Shown: positions 43,231 to 54,451, counted from the stretch's first letter. The stretch is DNA of 64,000 bases from an uncultured Acidobacteriota bacterium (GCA_963796275.1 CAWCKY010000002.1:224001-288000), one strand, 5' to 3'. The notes: a model not told the origin generated them from the sequence alone. A program made the numbers and translations.

Positions 43231-44640
43231 GTGTCACCAATGAAACGTGTTTTAGTCTTCGTGTTTTTGCTCTCGAGTCTGGCTTCTACTGTGTCGTCGC
43301 ATGGCTCGCCTGATGTGAGTCTGACCTGGATTGGACAATCCGGGTTTCTAGTAGAGACTGAAAGAGGACCTAAGGTCATTTCGGATCCTCCCAGCAACAA
43401 TCTTGGCTTTCTCTTTCCGACAACCCCCGCTGATGTTGTGACTGTCAGCCATACCCATGGCGATCACACCAACATTGCCGCGGTTCAGGGCGATCCGGCC
43501 CTGGTTGACGGACGCAACGTGGCTGAGCGACAGGAGGTCCTAGCAGCAGGCATGGCCTTCGTCGTGGTTCCCGGTTTTCATGACATCAATGGGGCCACGC
43601 GCAACTCGATCGTGACCTGGACGCAGGGCGGCATTCGCTTCGCGCAATTTGGCGATTACGGTCAAGCGACATTAACCGAAGCCCAGTTGAACGATCTGCG
43701 CGATGTCGATGTCGCTTTTATCGCGGTCAGCACTCCTACCACGCCTCCGGCACGGATGAAAGACCTCATCGATCAGTTGCGGCCGCGAGTCGCTATTCTC
43801 AGTCATTTTCGTGGGCCATTGGGCGGAGCCTCTGTGACACTGCCCTTCCCTAATATCATCGCTCCATTCACCGATCTGGTCTACAAACCGACCAACGTCA
43901 CGTTGAACCGGGACCGGTTGCCCAAGACACCTGAGGTCTGGGTTATGGAACCGATCGCCAATACCAATACGGTCAATTCCGCGAGTCAAAACCGAGGTAT
44001 TCCGGTTGCGCCGGGATCGCTGGCAAATCTCTCGGGAGATTTTACGAACGCGTCGACAGCGATAGCCAGGTCATCCCCGCTGCCAACGACGCTGGGTAAC
44101 GTGGAAGTCACAGTTGGTGGACAGGCCGTCCCGCTTTTATATGTTTCGCCAACCCGGATCAATTTTCAGGTCCCGAGTCAATTGGAAACACCGGGGCAGG
44201 CTTTAGCAGAAGTCAGAGTCGACGGAACAACGGTAGGGCGTGCGCAGGTCACAACTTTGCCAGGCGCTCCCGGCCTCTTCACCGTGACCAATCGATACTA
44301 CCTGCCTATTTCACGCCATTTGCCGGTACAGCGCGGCGATTCGATAACTATTTGGGCGACGGGGCACGGCGAACTTTCTGAGTTAATTGCAGACGGACAA
44401 CCTGCCCCTTTTAACGAATCGATAACCACCAAAGAGGAACCGAGGGTGACCATCGGCGGGGTCGATGCGGATGTATCGTTCAGCGGTTTGGCACCTGGGT
44501 TGGTTGGGGTCTGGCAGATCAAGGCCGTGGTCCCGGCCAATGCTCCTGCCGGCAACGAGGTGCCAGTGGTAGTTACGCAAGGGTTGATCAGTAATACATT
44601 GCCGATCGCGATTAGAGTCAAACGCAGGGGCAGGGATTAA
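43231..44640 (+). CDS. Secreted MBL-fold metallohydrolase fused to a TIGR03437-like C-terminal domain
   Basis: WIGQSGFLV, TVSHTHGDHTN; C-terminal VNSAS...APGSL...PLLYVSPTRINFQVP...FSGLAPGLVGVWQI. Confidence 0.82.
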   Translation: MSPMKRVLVFVFLLSSLASTVSSHGSPDVSLTWIGQSGFLVETERGPKVISDPPSNNLGFLFPTTPADVVTVSHTHGDHTNIAAVQGDPALVDGRNVAERQEVLAAGMAFVVVPGFHDINGATRNSIVTWTQGGIRFAQFGDYGQATLTEAQLNDLRDVDVAFIAVSTPTTPPARMKDLIDQLRPRVAILSHFRGPLGGASVTLPFPNIIAPFTDLVYKPTNVTLNRDRLPKTPEVWVMEPIANTNTVNSASQNRGIPVAPGSLANLSGDFTNASTAIARSSPLPTTLGNVEVTVGGQAVPLLYVSPTRINFQVPSQLETPGQALAEVRVDGTTVGRAQVTTLPGAPGLFTVTNRYYLPISRHLPVQRGDSITIWATGHGELSELIADGQPAPFNESITTKEEPRVTIGGVDADVSFSGLAPGLVGVWQIKAVVPANAPAGNEVPVVVTQGLISNTLPIAIRVKRRGRD

Positions 44641-44956
44641 TCCAAACAAGTTGCTTTCTAAACCGGTCTGATAATTTCGAACTTGTCGAGCGTCGGCGCG
44701 TAAAATCGCCACCAGATGATCACGCTTCGATCTGTCCTTGGTCGAATCGAAGAGGCGTGTATCTGCCTAACCATTACGCGGCAGAGGTTCCGCACGCTCG
44801 CCGATGTGATCGGGAAAGTCGCCGGTGACATGCAAGAAGCTCGGATCGCCAACGCTAGTGAGAAGTCGCTGGATGTTGACGCTGAGCGGACGACTGTAAT
44901 CGGCGACGACGAGCATAACCCCGACTATCAGGTGAAATGAGCAGGTGCTGTTAGAG

Positions 44957-46195
44957 ATGATAAGAACTCTTCTGATCTTGTTGGTACTGATGATTACGGC
45001 CGCCACCGATTCGACTCCGGCCAGGTCTTGGCCGGGATTTCGCGGCAAGGGCGACAGCCATACTTCAGATAAACGATTGCCGCTTGAATGGGCTGATGAC
45101 AAGAACGTCGCATGGAATACTTCCTTGCCCGGATACGGGCAGTCAAGCCCGGTCATCTGGCAGGACCGGGTCTTCTTGACCGCCACCGATGGAGAGAACA
45201 AAGAGAAATTGATAGCTGTCTGTCACAACCGTAAGACGGGAATCCGCCTTTGGCTGAAAGAATTTCCGGCATCTTTCATAATGAAAGATGCAAAAACGGT
45301 GAGCAAGGCCGCTCCGACGCCGATTGTAGACGAACGGCGCGTCTACTTCTTCTTTGAGAGCGGGGACCTGCTCGCTCTTGATCATAATGGAAAATTGCTA
45401 TGGCAGCGCAAGCTTTCGGAAGAGTACGGCGGTTACAAAACCAATCACGGACTGGGCAGTTCGGTCGCGCAGACCGTCAAGGCAGTCATCGTGCTGGTCG
45501 CGCATTCCGGGCTTTCTTATCTGCTCGCCGTCGACAAACAGACGGGCCGTAATCTGTGGAAGACCGATCTCAAAGAGGGCGGCGGTTGGAGCACTCCGCT
45601 TGTCGCAAACATCAACGGTCATCAACAAATCATCGTAAGTATCAGCGGCGCGGTGAAGACATATGACGCTGATCAAGGCCAGGTCATTTGGTCGGTCAAC
45701 GGACTTAAGGGAAACAACATTCCCTCGCCCACGCTCGCGCTCGAGCAAAACTTCGTTATTGCCGGTTCGAGCGATAAGGGGATGAATGTCGCCATCAAGC
45801 TCGGCGGAGATGGCGACGTCACAGCCACACACATCGCCTGGCGCGCTCAGGAAGCGACCGCCTACTTTGCATCGCCGCTCGTTCATCAAGGTCTCGCCTA
45901 CTTCGTCAATAAAATCGGAGTCGCGTTTTGTCTGGATTTAAGGACGGGCGAGGAACGATGGCGCGAGCGGTTGGGCGGCGAAGTGTGGGCCTCGCCATTG
46001 GCTGCCGGAGACCGCATCTATTTTTTTGGCGTGGACGGTAAGACGCACGTGCTGCGCGCGGGCGCGAAGTTCGAACAACTCGCCGTCAATACGCTCACGG
46101 AGGTCGAGCGAGTATACGGCGTAGCCGCTATGGATGGCGCGCTGTTCCTGCGGTCAGGACGCAAACTGATTAAACTCAGACAAATGAAGGGATAA
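44957..46195 (+). CDS. PQQ-binding-like (BamB-type) beta-propeller protein
   Basis: WPGFRG, PGYGQSSPVIW..RVFLT; repeated ALD..GKLLW and ASPL motifs. Confidence 0.88.
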   Translation: MIRTLLILLVLMITAATDSTPARSWPGFRGKGDSHTSDKRLPLEWADDKNVAWNTSLPGYGQSSPVIWQDRVFLTATDGENKEKLIAVCHNRKTGIRLWLKEFPASFIMKDAKTVSKAAPTPIVDERRVYFFFESGDLLALDHNGKLLWQRKLSEEYGGYKTNHGLGSSVAQTVKAVIVLVAHSGLSYLLAVDKQTGRNLWKTDLKEGGGWSTPLVANINGHQQIIVSISGAVKTYDADQGQVIWSVNGLKGNNIPSPTLALEQNFVIAGSSDKGMNVAIKLGGDGDVTATHIAWRAQEATAYFASPLVHQGLAYFVNKIGVAFCLDLRTGEERWRERLGGEVWASPLAAGDRIYFFGVDGKTHVLRAGAKFEQLAVNTLTEVERVYGVAAMDGALFLRSGRKLIKLRQMKG

Positions 46196-46275
46196 TTGTT
46201 ATGAAAAACATCAGTTTGAATTCTATGTTTCAACCGTAAATTGGTCACTCGCAGAAAATAAAATTACAAGCGAGC

Positions 46276-46713
46276 ATGAAACCGTTACTGCTCACTGTCA
46301 CATTATCGCTGATCTCTATATCGGCTATCTCTGCGATGAAGGTCTCTCCTCTTACGCCCGTAGCTCCAACGCCATCGCCCGGCAAACGATCATCGGAGAC
46401 AAACGCATCCTGCGCTTTCCCACAGTCAAACCGCCAAACTGAAGTTCAATATCGAAGCATCCAAGGCCTGCCCGACCATCACGAATATCGAAATCTACAA
46501 CTCGCCATCGCCATGAACCATGCGCATGGATTGAGCTTCTCAAGAAGCGGCCGACGACCGCAACGGCTATCGGTGAGCGGAGCGAGCTTCGAAATCAAGA
46601 AAAGCGGAAGGCCCGGCTCCGGTCGGCGGAGCGACCAGGAACTCCAGAGACTCGAACTCTCTCGCCATGGCCTTGAATTTTGCGGTTGCATCCGGCAAAC
46701 TGCGAATCCGTAA
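46276..46713 (+). CDS. Hypothetical secreted protein, possibly degenerate
   Basis: Signal-peptide-like start MKPLLLTVTLSLISISAISA; remainder not recognised. Confidence 0.35.
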   Translation: MKPLLLTVTLSLISISAISAMKVSPLTPVAPTPSPGKRSSETNASCAFPQSNRQTEVQYRSIQGLPDHHEYRNLQLAIAMNHAHGLSFSRSGRRPQRLSVSGASFEIKKSGRPGSGRRSDQELQRLELSRHGLEFCGCIRQTANP

Positions 46714-46890
46714 CACAAATTCACATTTCGTGTGAACATCGTCAGACCCGTGTGGATGCCCGCTCGGCCGCACTTTGGACAACGAAGATTTCCAGACTAC
46801 AAACTTCCAGTAATCAAACGGGCGGATAATTTATGTTCCTACAAGAATCTATACAAACCGAATGTCCGAAATAACACCCAGGAGGATTCG

Positions 46891-49245
46891 ATGAAGCCCG
46901 TTTTCATCCTGTTATTGGCCATCCTATTACAGATATGCCCGCAAATAGCGGCGCAGACGCAACGCACTCTTTCCGGTGAGATCATTACCGGCAGAAATGA
47001 AGCGGTCGCCGGAGCAACGATAACCGTTCGATCCTCCGCCGGTGAGCTTTCCGCAACGAGCGATAGCGAGGGCAATTTCACACTGATCGTTCCCGCCGAA
47101 GCGCTGATAGTGAAGATCACCGGGAAAAACATCCTCGCATATGAACGCACGATCGACGCGCGTGAATTGAATGGACAACTGCGTTTTGCGGTTCGCTACC
47201 GCGTCCCTCCGATTCATGACAGCCTGGTGATCTCCGCGTCACAACTTGATCCGGTGATCGATCGTCGCAATGAGGCCATCTACCGCGACACCCTCTTTTC
47301 TCGCGACGATCAGGTTTTCCACACACTTGATGCGGGCATCAATGCGGGGCAGCACGAGGGCGGCGGCAAATCCCTCGAAATTCGCCGCTTTGGATTCAAC
47401 CTCGATCACGGGGGCGTCAACGGCGGGCTGAAGGTCCTGGTTGACAATGTGCAGCAAAATCAGGGCACGCAGGGGCACGGGCAAGGCTATCTCGGCCAGT
47501 TGAAATCGCTCACTCCCGAACTCGTCCAGGAAGTGAACATCCTCAATGGGCCGTTCAGCGCGGAGTATGGCGATTTTTCAGGGCTTGGCGTCGTTCACAT
47601 CCGGTTGAAGGAATCATTGCCGGATTATGTCACTGCGCGTTTCCAGGGCGGGTCGTTCGAAACGTTTCGTACGTTTCTGGCCTACAGCCCCGAGCTTGAG
47701 CATGGCGATGCGCTGGTTGCTTACGAAGGTTCGCGGACCGATGGGCCGTTCGAGAATCCGCTCGACTACAAGCGCGATAACATCACCGGCAATTACATAC
47801 GCCGGCTGAACGAAAATCGGCAGCTCGGTTTCAAGTTCAACTTGGGACGCAACGACTTCTTCTCCTCGGGACAGATTCCGCTCGACGAAGTCTTCGAGGG
47901 TCGGCTGGATCGCTTCGGGTTCATCGATCCTCAAAACGGCGGGCGCGCGCGGACCGGTGTATTAAGCGCATATTACCGGCAGAACCTGGCCGACGGGAGC
48001 GTCTTCAAGATCGACGGTTTTCTGGGACGCTCGATCTTCGATCTGTGGTCGAACTTCACTTTCTTTCTGATCGATGAAACGTTCGGCGATGAAATCCAGC
48101 AGCATGATTCGCGCCTGCAGGAAGGCGTAAACACGCAATACCTGAAGCCCCACACCATCGCGGGCCAGCGGGCGATGCTCAATATGGGCGCGAACTACTA
48201 CGACAATCAGATCAACGTCGGCCTCTTCCCTTCTATCGCCCGGGCGCCGAGCCGCAAATTCATCTCGCCGGAGAATCTGGCCCACCCGGACGTTCTGCTC
48301 ACCAGCGCGCGGGCACGCGTGGCAAATGTGGCGGGTTACGTTCAGCAAGGAGTGGACCTGTTCAGCGGCCGACTTCACCTCGAAGGCGGGATTCGCTACG
48401 ATTATTTCCATTTCAAGGTCGCTGACCGCATCGATCCGGCGACATCGGGCGCTCAAGGAGGCGCGCGTGCGCAGCCGAAGTTCAATCTGGCCCTGACGCC
48501 TAGCGGGCGCGTTCCGATGACGTTCTATTTAAACTACGGTCGCGGCATCTCCAGCCAGGATGCGCGGGGCGTCGTGCAACGACCCGATAGGCCGAATATC
48601 TCGACGACGGACTTCTATCAGGTCGGGATCTCGCAGAACTTCGATCGAATGAGCATGAGCGCTGATCTATTCCTGATCGATCGCTCAAACGAACAGGTTT
48701 ACATTCCCGATGACGGCAGTTTTGAATTCAAAGGGCCGAGCCGAGCCTACGGTTTCGAAGTGAAGAGCGCGATGAGGGTGACGCGATTCTTGAGCTTCAA
48801 CGCGGGCGTAACGAGAGTCGCTAATGCCTTCTACCGCGACTACTTCTTTGAGGAGGACGATCCCGCGCCGGGGAAGAGAAAGTACATCGACAGCGCCCCC
48901 CATATCGTCTCCAACGCAGGTTTAACAATCTCCGGGTGGCGAGGCTTCAGCGGGTCGCTACGCTGGCGTCATACCAGCAACTATCGCCTCGATCCGGTCG
49001 ATCCCGCAATTCGCGCCTCGGGGCTGGACGTGCTCGACCTGAGTATTGTCAAGCAACTTCGTCATTGGATCGAGCTCAACTTCTCGATCGACAATCTGAC
49101 AGACAAACGCTACTTCGAGACGCAGAACTATTTTGAATCGAGGATCAGGCCAGGCGACCCGATCATTTCGCGGATTCACGCCACACCAGGTTATCCGATC
49201 ACGTTGACTGGAGGAGTGACGTTTCGCTTTTCGAGGAAGGGCTAG
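46891..49245 (+). CDS. TonB-dependent receptor with His-containing plug, probable Ni/Co uptake
   Basis: AGGAGG RBS then MKPVFILL; carboxypeptidase-like N-domain; GQHEGGGK, LDHGG, GHGQGY, GPFSAEYGDF; barrel end NLTDKRYF; adjacent nikR. Confidence 0.88.
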   Translation: MKPVFILLLAILLQICPQIAAQTQRTLSGEIITGRNEAVAGATITVRSSAGELSATSDSEGNFTLIVPAEALIVKITGKNILAYERTIDARELNGQLRFAVRYRVPPIHDSLVISASQLDPVIDRRNEAIYRDTLFSRDDQVFHTLDAGINAGQHEGGGKSLEIRRFGFNLDHGGVNGGLKVLVDNVQQNQGTQGHGQGYLGQLKSLTPELVQEVNILNGPFSAEYGDFSGLGVVHIRLKESLPDYVTARFQGGSFETFRTFLAYSPELEHGDALVAYEGSRTDGPFENPLDYKRDNITGNYIRRLNENRQLGFKFNLGRNDFFSSGQIPLDEVFEGRLDRFGFIDPQNGGRARTGVLSAYYRQNLADGSVFKIDGFLGRSIFDLWSNFTFFLIDETFGDEIQQHDSRLQEGVNTQYLKPHTIAGQRAMLNMGANYYDNQINVGLFPSIARAPSRKFISPENLAHPDVLLTSARARVANVAGYVQQGVDLFSGRLHLEGGIRYDYFHFKVADRIDPATSGAQGGARAQPKFNLALTPSGRVPMTFYLNYGRGISSQDARGVVQRPDRPNISTTDFYQVGISQNFDRMSMSADLFLIDRSNEQVYIPDDGSFEFKGPSRAYGFEVKSAMRVTRFLSFNAGVTRVANAFYRDYFFEEDDPAPGKRKYIDSAPHIVSNAGLTISGWRGFSGSLRWRHTSNYRLDPVDPAIRASGLDVLDLSIVKQLRHWIELNFSIDNLTDKRYFETQNYFESRIRPGDPIISRIHATPGYPITLTGGVTFRFSRKG

Positions 49246-49499
49246 GTGAAGAATGTGAATACGATGCGCTGTAACTTCGGATCAGCGAGCGTTCTATCCT
49301 CTCTGGCTCGGAAGGCTCCCGGATACGCAATGAGCCATCTAAACGAACGCCCCCCTTCGCCGACGACGGTGACGCGGGCCGCACTTATATCGATTCTAAC
49401 AATACCGCAATCTATTGCCCGAGGTGCTTCCCAAACACGCTCAGGCAAACCTATACTGGGTAGATCGTTATTTCGATTGCTACTGACAAGGAGAAATCG

Positions 49500-49973
49500 A
49501 TGGGTGATCTGGTTCGCTTCGGCGTGAGCGCCGAGGAAGAGTTGATGACCAATTTCGACCGGCTATCAACGGACAAAGGCTACAGCAACCGTTCCGAGGC
49601 GTTGCGAGATCTGATGCGCGACGCGCTGGTACAAGAGCGCCTGGAGAAATTCCCCGATACTGTCAACGTGCTGGGCAGTTTGACGCTGGTTTATGACCAT
49701 CATGCGCGCGAGCTTTCCGAGCGAATGAATGAGATACAGCACGAGCGGCATGCGATGGTGGTTTCAGTTCTGCATGTCCACATCAGTCACGACGATTGTA
49801 TGGAAGTGATCGCATTGCGCGGCAGGGCGCGTGACATCCGCGAACTCGCCAACGCGCTGCTCAGTCTGAAAGGCGTCAAACATGGGAAACTCTTTCTGAC
49901 GCTCCCCACGCGGGAAATCGTCGGAAGGAAAGCTCCACATTCACAAGCGCATCGGAAAAACAAACCGGCATGA
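49500..49973 (+). CDS. nikR: Nickel-responsive regulator
   Basis: RFGVS, GYSNRSEALRDLMR, LVYDHH, LHVHISHDDCMEVI, KGVKHGKL. Confidence 0.95.
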   Translation: MGDLVRFGVSAEEELMTNFDRLSTDKGYSNRSEALRDLMRDALVQERLEKFPDTVNVLGSLTLVYDHHARELSERMNEIQHERHAMVVSVLHVHISHDDCMEVIALRGRARDIRELANALLSLKGVKHGKLFLTLPTREIVGRKAPHSQAHRKNKPA

Positions 49974-50156
49974 CGGCATGAAACACTTCTCCCCGAGACG
50001 TCACGCTTCCTATCGCCGAAAAAGAAGGCCTGGATCAGCGACGTTTCACACCGAGTACAGTCAACCTGCCCCCACGTCAGCGGTCATGATCGCCTGCGAT
50101 GGCCGCATCCTAAAGAACGGCCGCCGCGGCGAATTTTCACAAGTTTCAGCTTGATC

Positions 50157-51722
50157 TCAACCTTCACAGCCACTTAGAGTCTCGCCTAAAGGACGCCATC
50201 TGTGACCGTTTCGCGCAACCAATTCACGAGCTGCCGCTGGCCCCTCGCTTCCAGCCGCATAGTTAGGAAATTCCGGAGGATTCTGTTCAGCCCACGCCTC
50301 TCCGATTGGGGTGATCAATCTCCACTGAGCTTCTACCTCATCATGCCGAATAAAAAGTGTTGCGTCGCCCTGCATCAAGTCAAGCAGGAGGGTTTCGTAG
50401 GCGGAAGGCAAGCGCACGCCAAATGCAGTCTGGTAACAGAAATCCATGTGCACGGACGCTGTGTACATCTCTGCCCCGGGACGCTTGGCTGCGAAGGTGA
50501 CGATAATTCCTTCATTGGGGTGAATGCGTATGACGATCACATTCGGTTCGATCATGTCTTCTGGCGCGCGAGCGAACAGCGCCTGCGGCGTTCGCTTGAG
50601 ATGGACGGCTATCTCTGTAATTGAGTGCGCCAGCCGTTTGCCTGTGCGGGCATAAAATGGCACGCCTCCCCATCGCCAATTCTCGACTCGAAACTCGACA
50701 GCCGCGTAAGTCTCAATTAGCGAATTGCTCGCCACACCTTTTTCATCCCTGTAGGCCGGCACGCTCTCGCCATCGATCTCTCCTCCGCCGTACTGCCCAC
50801 GCACTGTACGCACTGCCACCTCTCCGGGTGTCATCGGATGAATCGAGCGTAAGACCTGTACCTTACTATCACGCACCGAATCGGCATCGAACGTAACTGG
50901 CGGCTCCATCGCTGTGAGCGCCAGAAGCTGTAAGAGATGATTTGCCATCATATCGCGCCGGGCACCAGCCTCTTCGTAATAAGATCCGCGCTGGCCTACG
51001 CCCAGCGTTTCACCCGCAGTAATTTCGACGAAATCGATATAGTTGCGATTCCAGACGGGCTCAAAAAGGGAGTTGCCAAAACGAAATACGAGGATGTTCT
51101 GTACCGTCTCTTTGCCGAGGTAGTGGTCTATGCGATAGACCTGATGCTCGTCGAAGACACGTGCGATGGCTGCATTAAGAGAGCGCGCAGAGTCGAGGTC
51201 GCGTCCGAAAGGTTTTTCGATCACGATGCGGGACCAGCCTTTTTGTTCGGACGCAAGCCCTGCCGCGCCGAGCCCATTCACGAGGACAGAGGCGATCGAT
51301 GGTGGCGTTGCGCAATAGAATAGGTGGTTAGCGCTTGCGCCTTCTCGCATAGTCATCTGTTCGAGACGCGCGGCCAGAGAGCGATACGTCTCGGCATCTG
51401 TAAAATCGCCAGACATGTAATGCAGTCGCGTCGCAAATTCCCCCCACTGTACATCGCTGATTTCGCCCATATCCGCCGACCCAGTCGCGCCGGCACGTAT
51501 CTCCTCGCAGAACTCATGATCGCTCATCTGCCTTCGTCCGATGCCCAGCACACTGAAATCGTCTGATAGATACCGCTCGCGCACCAGATGAAAGAGTGCT
51601 GGAACCAGCTTGCGTTTAGTCAGATCGCCGAATGCGCCGAGGATCACGATCGTACACGGATCAGCCTTCGGAAGCTTTGGTTTAGTTATCGGGAATGGAG
51701 TGGCCTCGACAATTACTGACAC
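50157..51722 (-). CDS. zwf: Glucose-6-phosphate 1-dehydrogenase
   Basis: GDLTKRKLVPAL, IVIEKPFG, RIDHYLGKETVQN, RWGGVPFY.RTGK. Confidence 0.96.
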   Translation of the reverse strand: MSVIVEATPFPITKPKLPKADPCTIVILGAFGDLTKRKLVPALFHLVRERYLSDDFSVLGIGRRQMSDHEFCEEIRAGATGSADMGEISDVQWGEFATRLHYMSGDFTDAETYRSLAARLEQMTMREGASANHLFYCATPPSIASVLVNGLGAAGLASEQKGWSRIVIEKPFGRDLDSARSLNAAIARVFDEHQVYRIDHYLGKETVQNILVFRFGNSLFEPVWNRNYIDFVEITAGETLGVGQRGSYYEEAGARRDMMANHLLQLLALTAMEPPVTFDADSVRDSKVQVLRSIHPMTPGEVAVRTVRGQYGGGEIDGESVPAYRDEKGVASNSLIETYAAVEFRVENWRWGGVPFYARTGKRLAHSITEIAVHLKRTPQALFARAPEDMIEPNVIVIRIHPNEGIIVTFAAKRPGAEMYTASVHMDFCYQTAFGVRLPSAYETLLLDLMQGDATLFIRHDEVEAQWRLITPIGEAWAEQNPPEFPNYAAGSEGPAAARELVARNGHRWRPLGETLSGCEG

Positions 51723-51953
51723 GCCATTAACCTTTCAGGCTGACATTCAACCATACTCAATTGTGGGCAATTTAAATTTCAGTAAGCAAAGTAGGATATT
51801 TACGGCTGAAATACTATTGGGATGTTAGGAAACGATATCGGAATATAAGTAAGCCGTTTAGGAAGTTAGCGTATTCGTATGGGAATTAATCGACCATGCC
51901 TAGGAAATATGACTAGGCATTCAGGATATTTACGTCTTCCCTTTCGGCAACCT

Positions 51954-53600
51954 TCAAGTTGGAAGAATAAACTGGATTGTTGCGCCTTTCTCCTCGTTTG
52001 GTGTAGCACAAAGACTTCCGCCGTGAGATTCGATTATCGTTCGACTGATTGAAAGTCCCAGGCCCATCCCTTCTGATTTCGTGGTAAAGAATGGATCGAA
52101 TATCCGTTCACTATCACGCGGATCAATGCCAGTCCCCGAGTCTCGAAACGCTACCAGCACCTCACCCGGGATACGGCTCAGCGTAGTGATCAGCAAATCA
52201 CGCGGATAACATCCAACTCCGCTCATGGAATCCTTGCTGTTCAGAATGAGATTTAAGATCACTTGCTGCAACTGTACCCGGTCACCCACTACCTGGGGGA
52301 GATCGGCTGCCAGGGCTGTTTGCAGGTGTATCTCACTCTTATTCAACTCGGTTATTGTCAAGGCGATAACTTCTCGAATGATCTCGTTGAGGCTCAGCAC
52401 CGCCCTTTCGGAATCTTTTCTCTTCAACAGGGCGCGAATCCGTGTAACCACTTCACTCGCACGCATGCTATCGCTGATCATCCGCTCGGCCACCTCACGC
52501 AACTTTCCAATATCCGGCGGCTCGCGATTCAGCAGGCGCAGACAAACCTGCCCATTCGTGACTAGAGCGCCGAGCGGCTGGTTTATCTCGTGCGCAATCG
52601 AGGCGGTCAACTCACCCATCGTCGTCACGCGCGTGACGTGCGCGAGTTCTGCCTGCAATTTCTGCAAGGCAGCTTCCACTCGCTTACGCTCGATCATCTC
52701 CGCACCCTGCATGGCATAGAGATCGGTCAACCGCAGCTCACGCTCTGATGGACGATGAGGTTGACTAAAGTGCGTTGAGATCACACCAAGCGGTTCGCCG
52801 TTGCGGTTGAACAAGGGCGTGGACTGCATCGCCCGATATCCGGCAGAGGCGGCGATCTGCTGGTGTGGCTCAAAGTCCGGATCAGTCGATACATCTTCGA
52901 TGATGATGCGCTCCTGCCTTAGCAGAGCCCGGCCACAGGCTGAGCTATCGTCGCAGCTGCCGCTGAAGTGATCCAGGAAATCCTGTTTAAAGCCGCAATC
53001 CGCAACGATCTCTAACGCCTTGGTCTCATGGTTGTAAAGTTGAACATGGCCGAAGTCTGCCTTCTGCATCTCTATTGTAGCCTGAAGGACTTCCTCCAGC
53101 AGCGGCTGGAGTTGAGTGTTCGATAGTAACCGAGTGCTAAGCTCGTGGAGGCGCGTCATGGCTATCAGTTCAGCCGCCAATTCATCTTTCAGGGCATGTG
53201 ATTCGGCCTCAGCCTTTTTGCGTTCGGTGATATCTTCGACGATTCTCACAAGCATCGGATGCGTGGTCTCGGTTCCAGGAATAATTGAGACACTTGTGTT
53301 CGCCCAGATGACGCCTCCATCTCTGCGAAGGTAACGCCGCTCCAAACGATAATTGTGGAGGCTACCCACCTGGAGCTGGGCGAGACGCGACCACGCGTGT
53401 TCACGGTCTTCCTCGAGCGTGACATCAATAATAGAGATTGCCTGCAACTCTTCTGCGGAATAACCGAGCATTCTTTGCAGGACGGGGTTTGCCGCGAGGA
53501 ACCTTCCGCTCACATCGGTCAAACCGATGCCGACCGCCGAGTTTTCAAATACTGCTTGCCACCTCTGCTGGGTAAACGTCTGAGGGCTAATAAACGACAT
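51954..53600 (-). CDS. Cytoplasmic PAS-GAF histidine kinase (FixL/TodS-like transmitter)
   Basis: PAS (FENSAVGI...IVEDITERK), GAF (MQSTPL), ASIAHEINQPL, GDRVQLQQVILNL, GMGLGL; no TM segment. Confidence 0.93.
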   Translation of the reverse strand: MSFISPQTFTQQRWQAVFENSAVGIGLTDVSGRFLAANPVLQRMLGYSAEELQAISIIDVTLEEDREHAWSRLAQLQVGSLHNYRLERRYLRRDGGVIWANTSVSIIPGTETTHPMLVRIVEDITERKKAEAESHALKDELAAELIAMTRLHELSTRLLSNTQLQPLLEEVLQATIEMQKADFGHVQLYNHETKALEIVADCGFKQDFLDHFSGSCDDSSACGRALLRQERIIIEDVSTDPDFEPHQQIAASAGYRAMQSTPLFNRNGEPLGVISTHFSQPHRPSERELRLTDLYAMQGAEMIERKRVEAALQKLQAELAHVTRVTTMGELTASIAHEINQPLGALVTNGQVCLRLLNREPPDIGKLREVAERMISDSMRASEVVTRIRALLKRKDSERAVLSLNEIIREVIALTITELNKSEIHLQTALAADLPQVVGDRVQLQQVILNLILNSKDSMSGVGCYPRDLLITTLSRIPGEVLVAFRDSGTGIDPRDSERIFDPFFTTKSEGMGLGLSISRTIIESHGGSLCATPNEEKGATIQFILPT

Positions 53601-54349
53601 GACTCCTCCTCCACACTATGATTCATCGGTAGTCTCTAAAACCAATTCTTAAATGATGAATGGAACAGCTTGCATGTCGCCACTTGGTTTACCGATGTGC
53701 CACCGCGGAATGCTCAGTGTCCAATGCCTTTCATCGCAAGCACGGCATTGGTGAGGATAAGGATATCTATGCGAACGCATTTTGAAGACGCTGATGACTC
53801 CTGACTGATGTTGGGGAGGATGTAATATCTGACGAAATGCCCGTTCCCGGATATTTCGGGATAATATTAGAGATTTCACTTTCTCGGATCAAGGCGTCGT
53901 GTCTCCTCCTCCAGTTAGCAAACCGAGTGCCGTACCCCTCTATTGCCCTTAGCACGGGAGTCAATTGGTTAATGAATGGTTTATCTCGGCCGGCAGCACT
54001 CTGTGAGTTAAATTGCCTCGGATGATCGCTCCAAAATTGTGATGACCGCCGGATAAGTTGGCGCTCTTCATTGTTGAGAGGGAAAAGCGATGCCTCTTGA
54101 GAAACTGGCAGAATCGGTCGTCCGAACCTGAGGCATCTTGGCAGAAACGCGAGCTCAAGCTCGCCACACAACGCTGTCCCGCCCCACTGCTCGGTCATTG
54201 AATGCCTGGTGCCAAACAATCTGGCAACGCTAGATACTACCAGGTTACGACTTTCCATGGGAGAGAAAAGACAATTATCGAGGAACGCGTTGATCAATAG
54301 CGGAGAAGTATTACAGCGAAGCATTGATTAAGCGGTTCAATGGTTCCAG

Positions 54350-54451
54350 ACAATTTTCGTGTACGAACCGGAAACAGCTAAATAAAGATGTATTTTATCG
54401 CCTCACACAGCCTTCTCATCTCCTGCACTCACCACGTGGCATACAGATTGA
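54350..54451 (+). promoter_or_regulatory. Candidate enhancer (TGT-N11-ACA) and sigma54-like promoter upstream of dnaK
   Basis: TGTACGAACCGGAAACA at 54360-54376; TGGCATACAGATTGA at 54437-54451 (-12 is GA, not GC); both blocks recur at 63797-64000. Confidence 0.6.

Noticed and set aside
53132-53140. GAGTGCTAA CIRCE half-site
   Set aside because: Inside the kinase CDS with no partner half-site; no CIRCE or HAIR element seen upstream of dnaK
53767-54324. 185-aa ORF between the kinase and dnaK
   Set aside because: No recognisable motif or RBS; may be a remnant but cannot be supported
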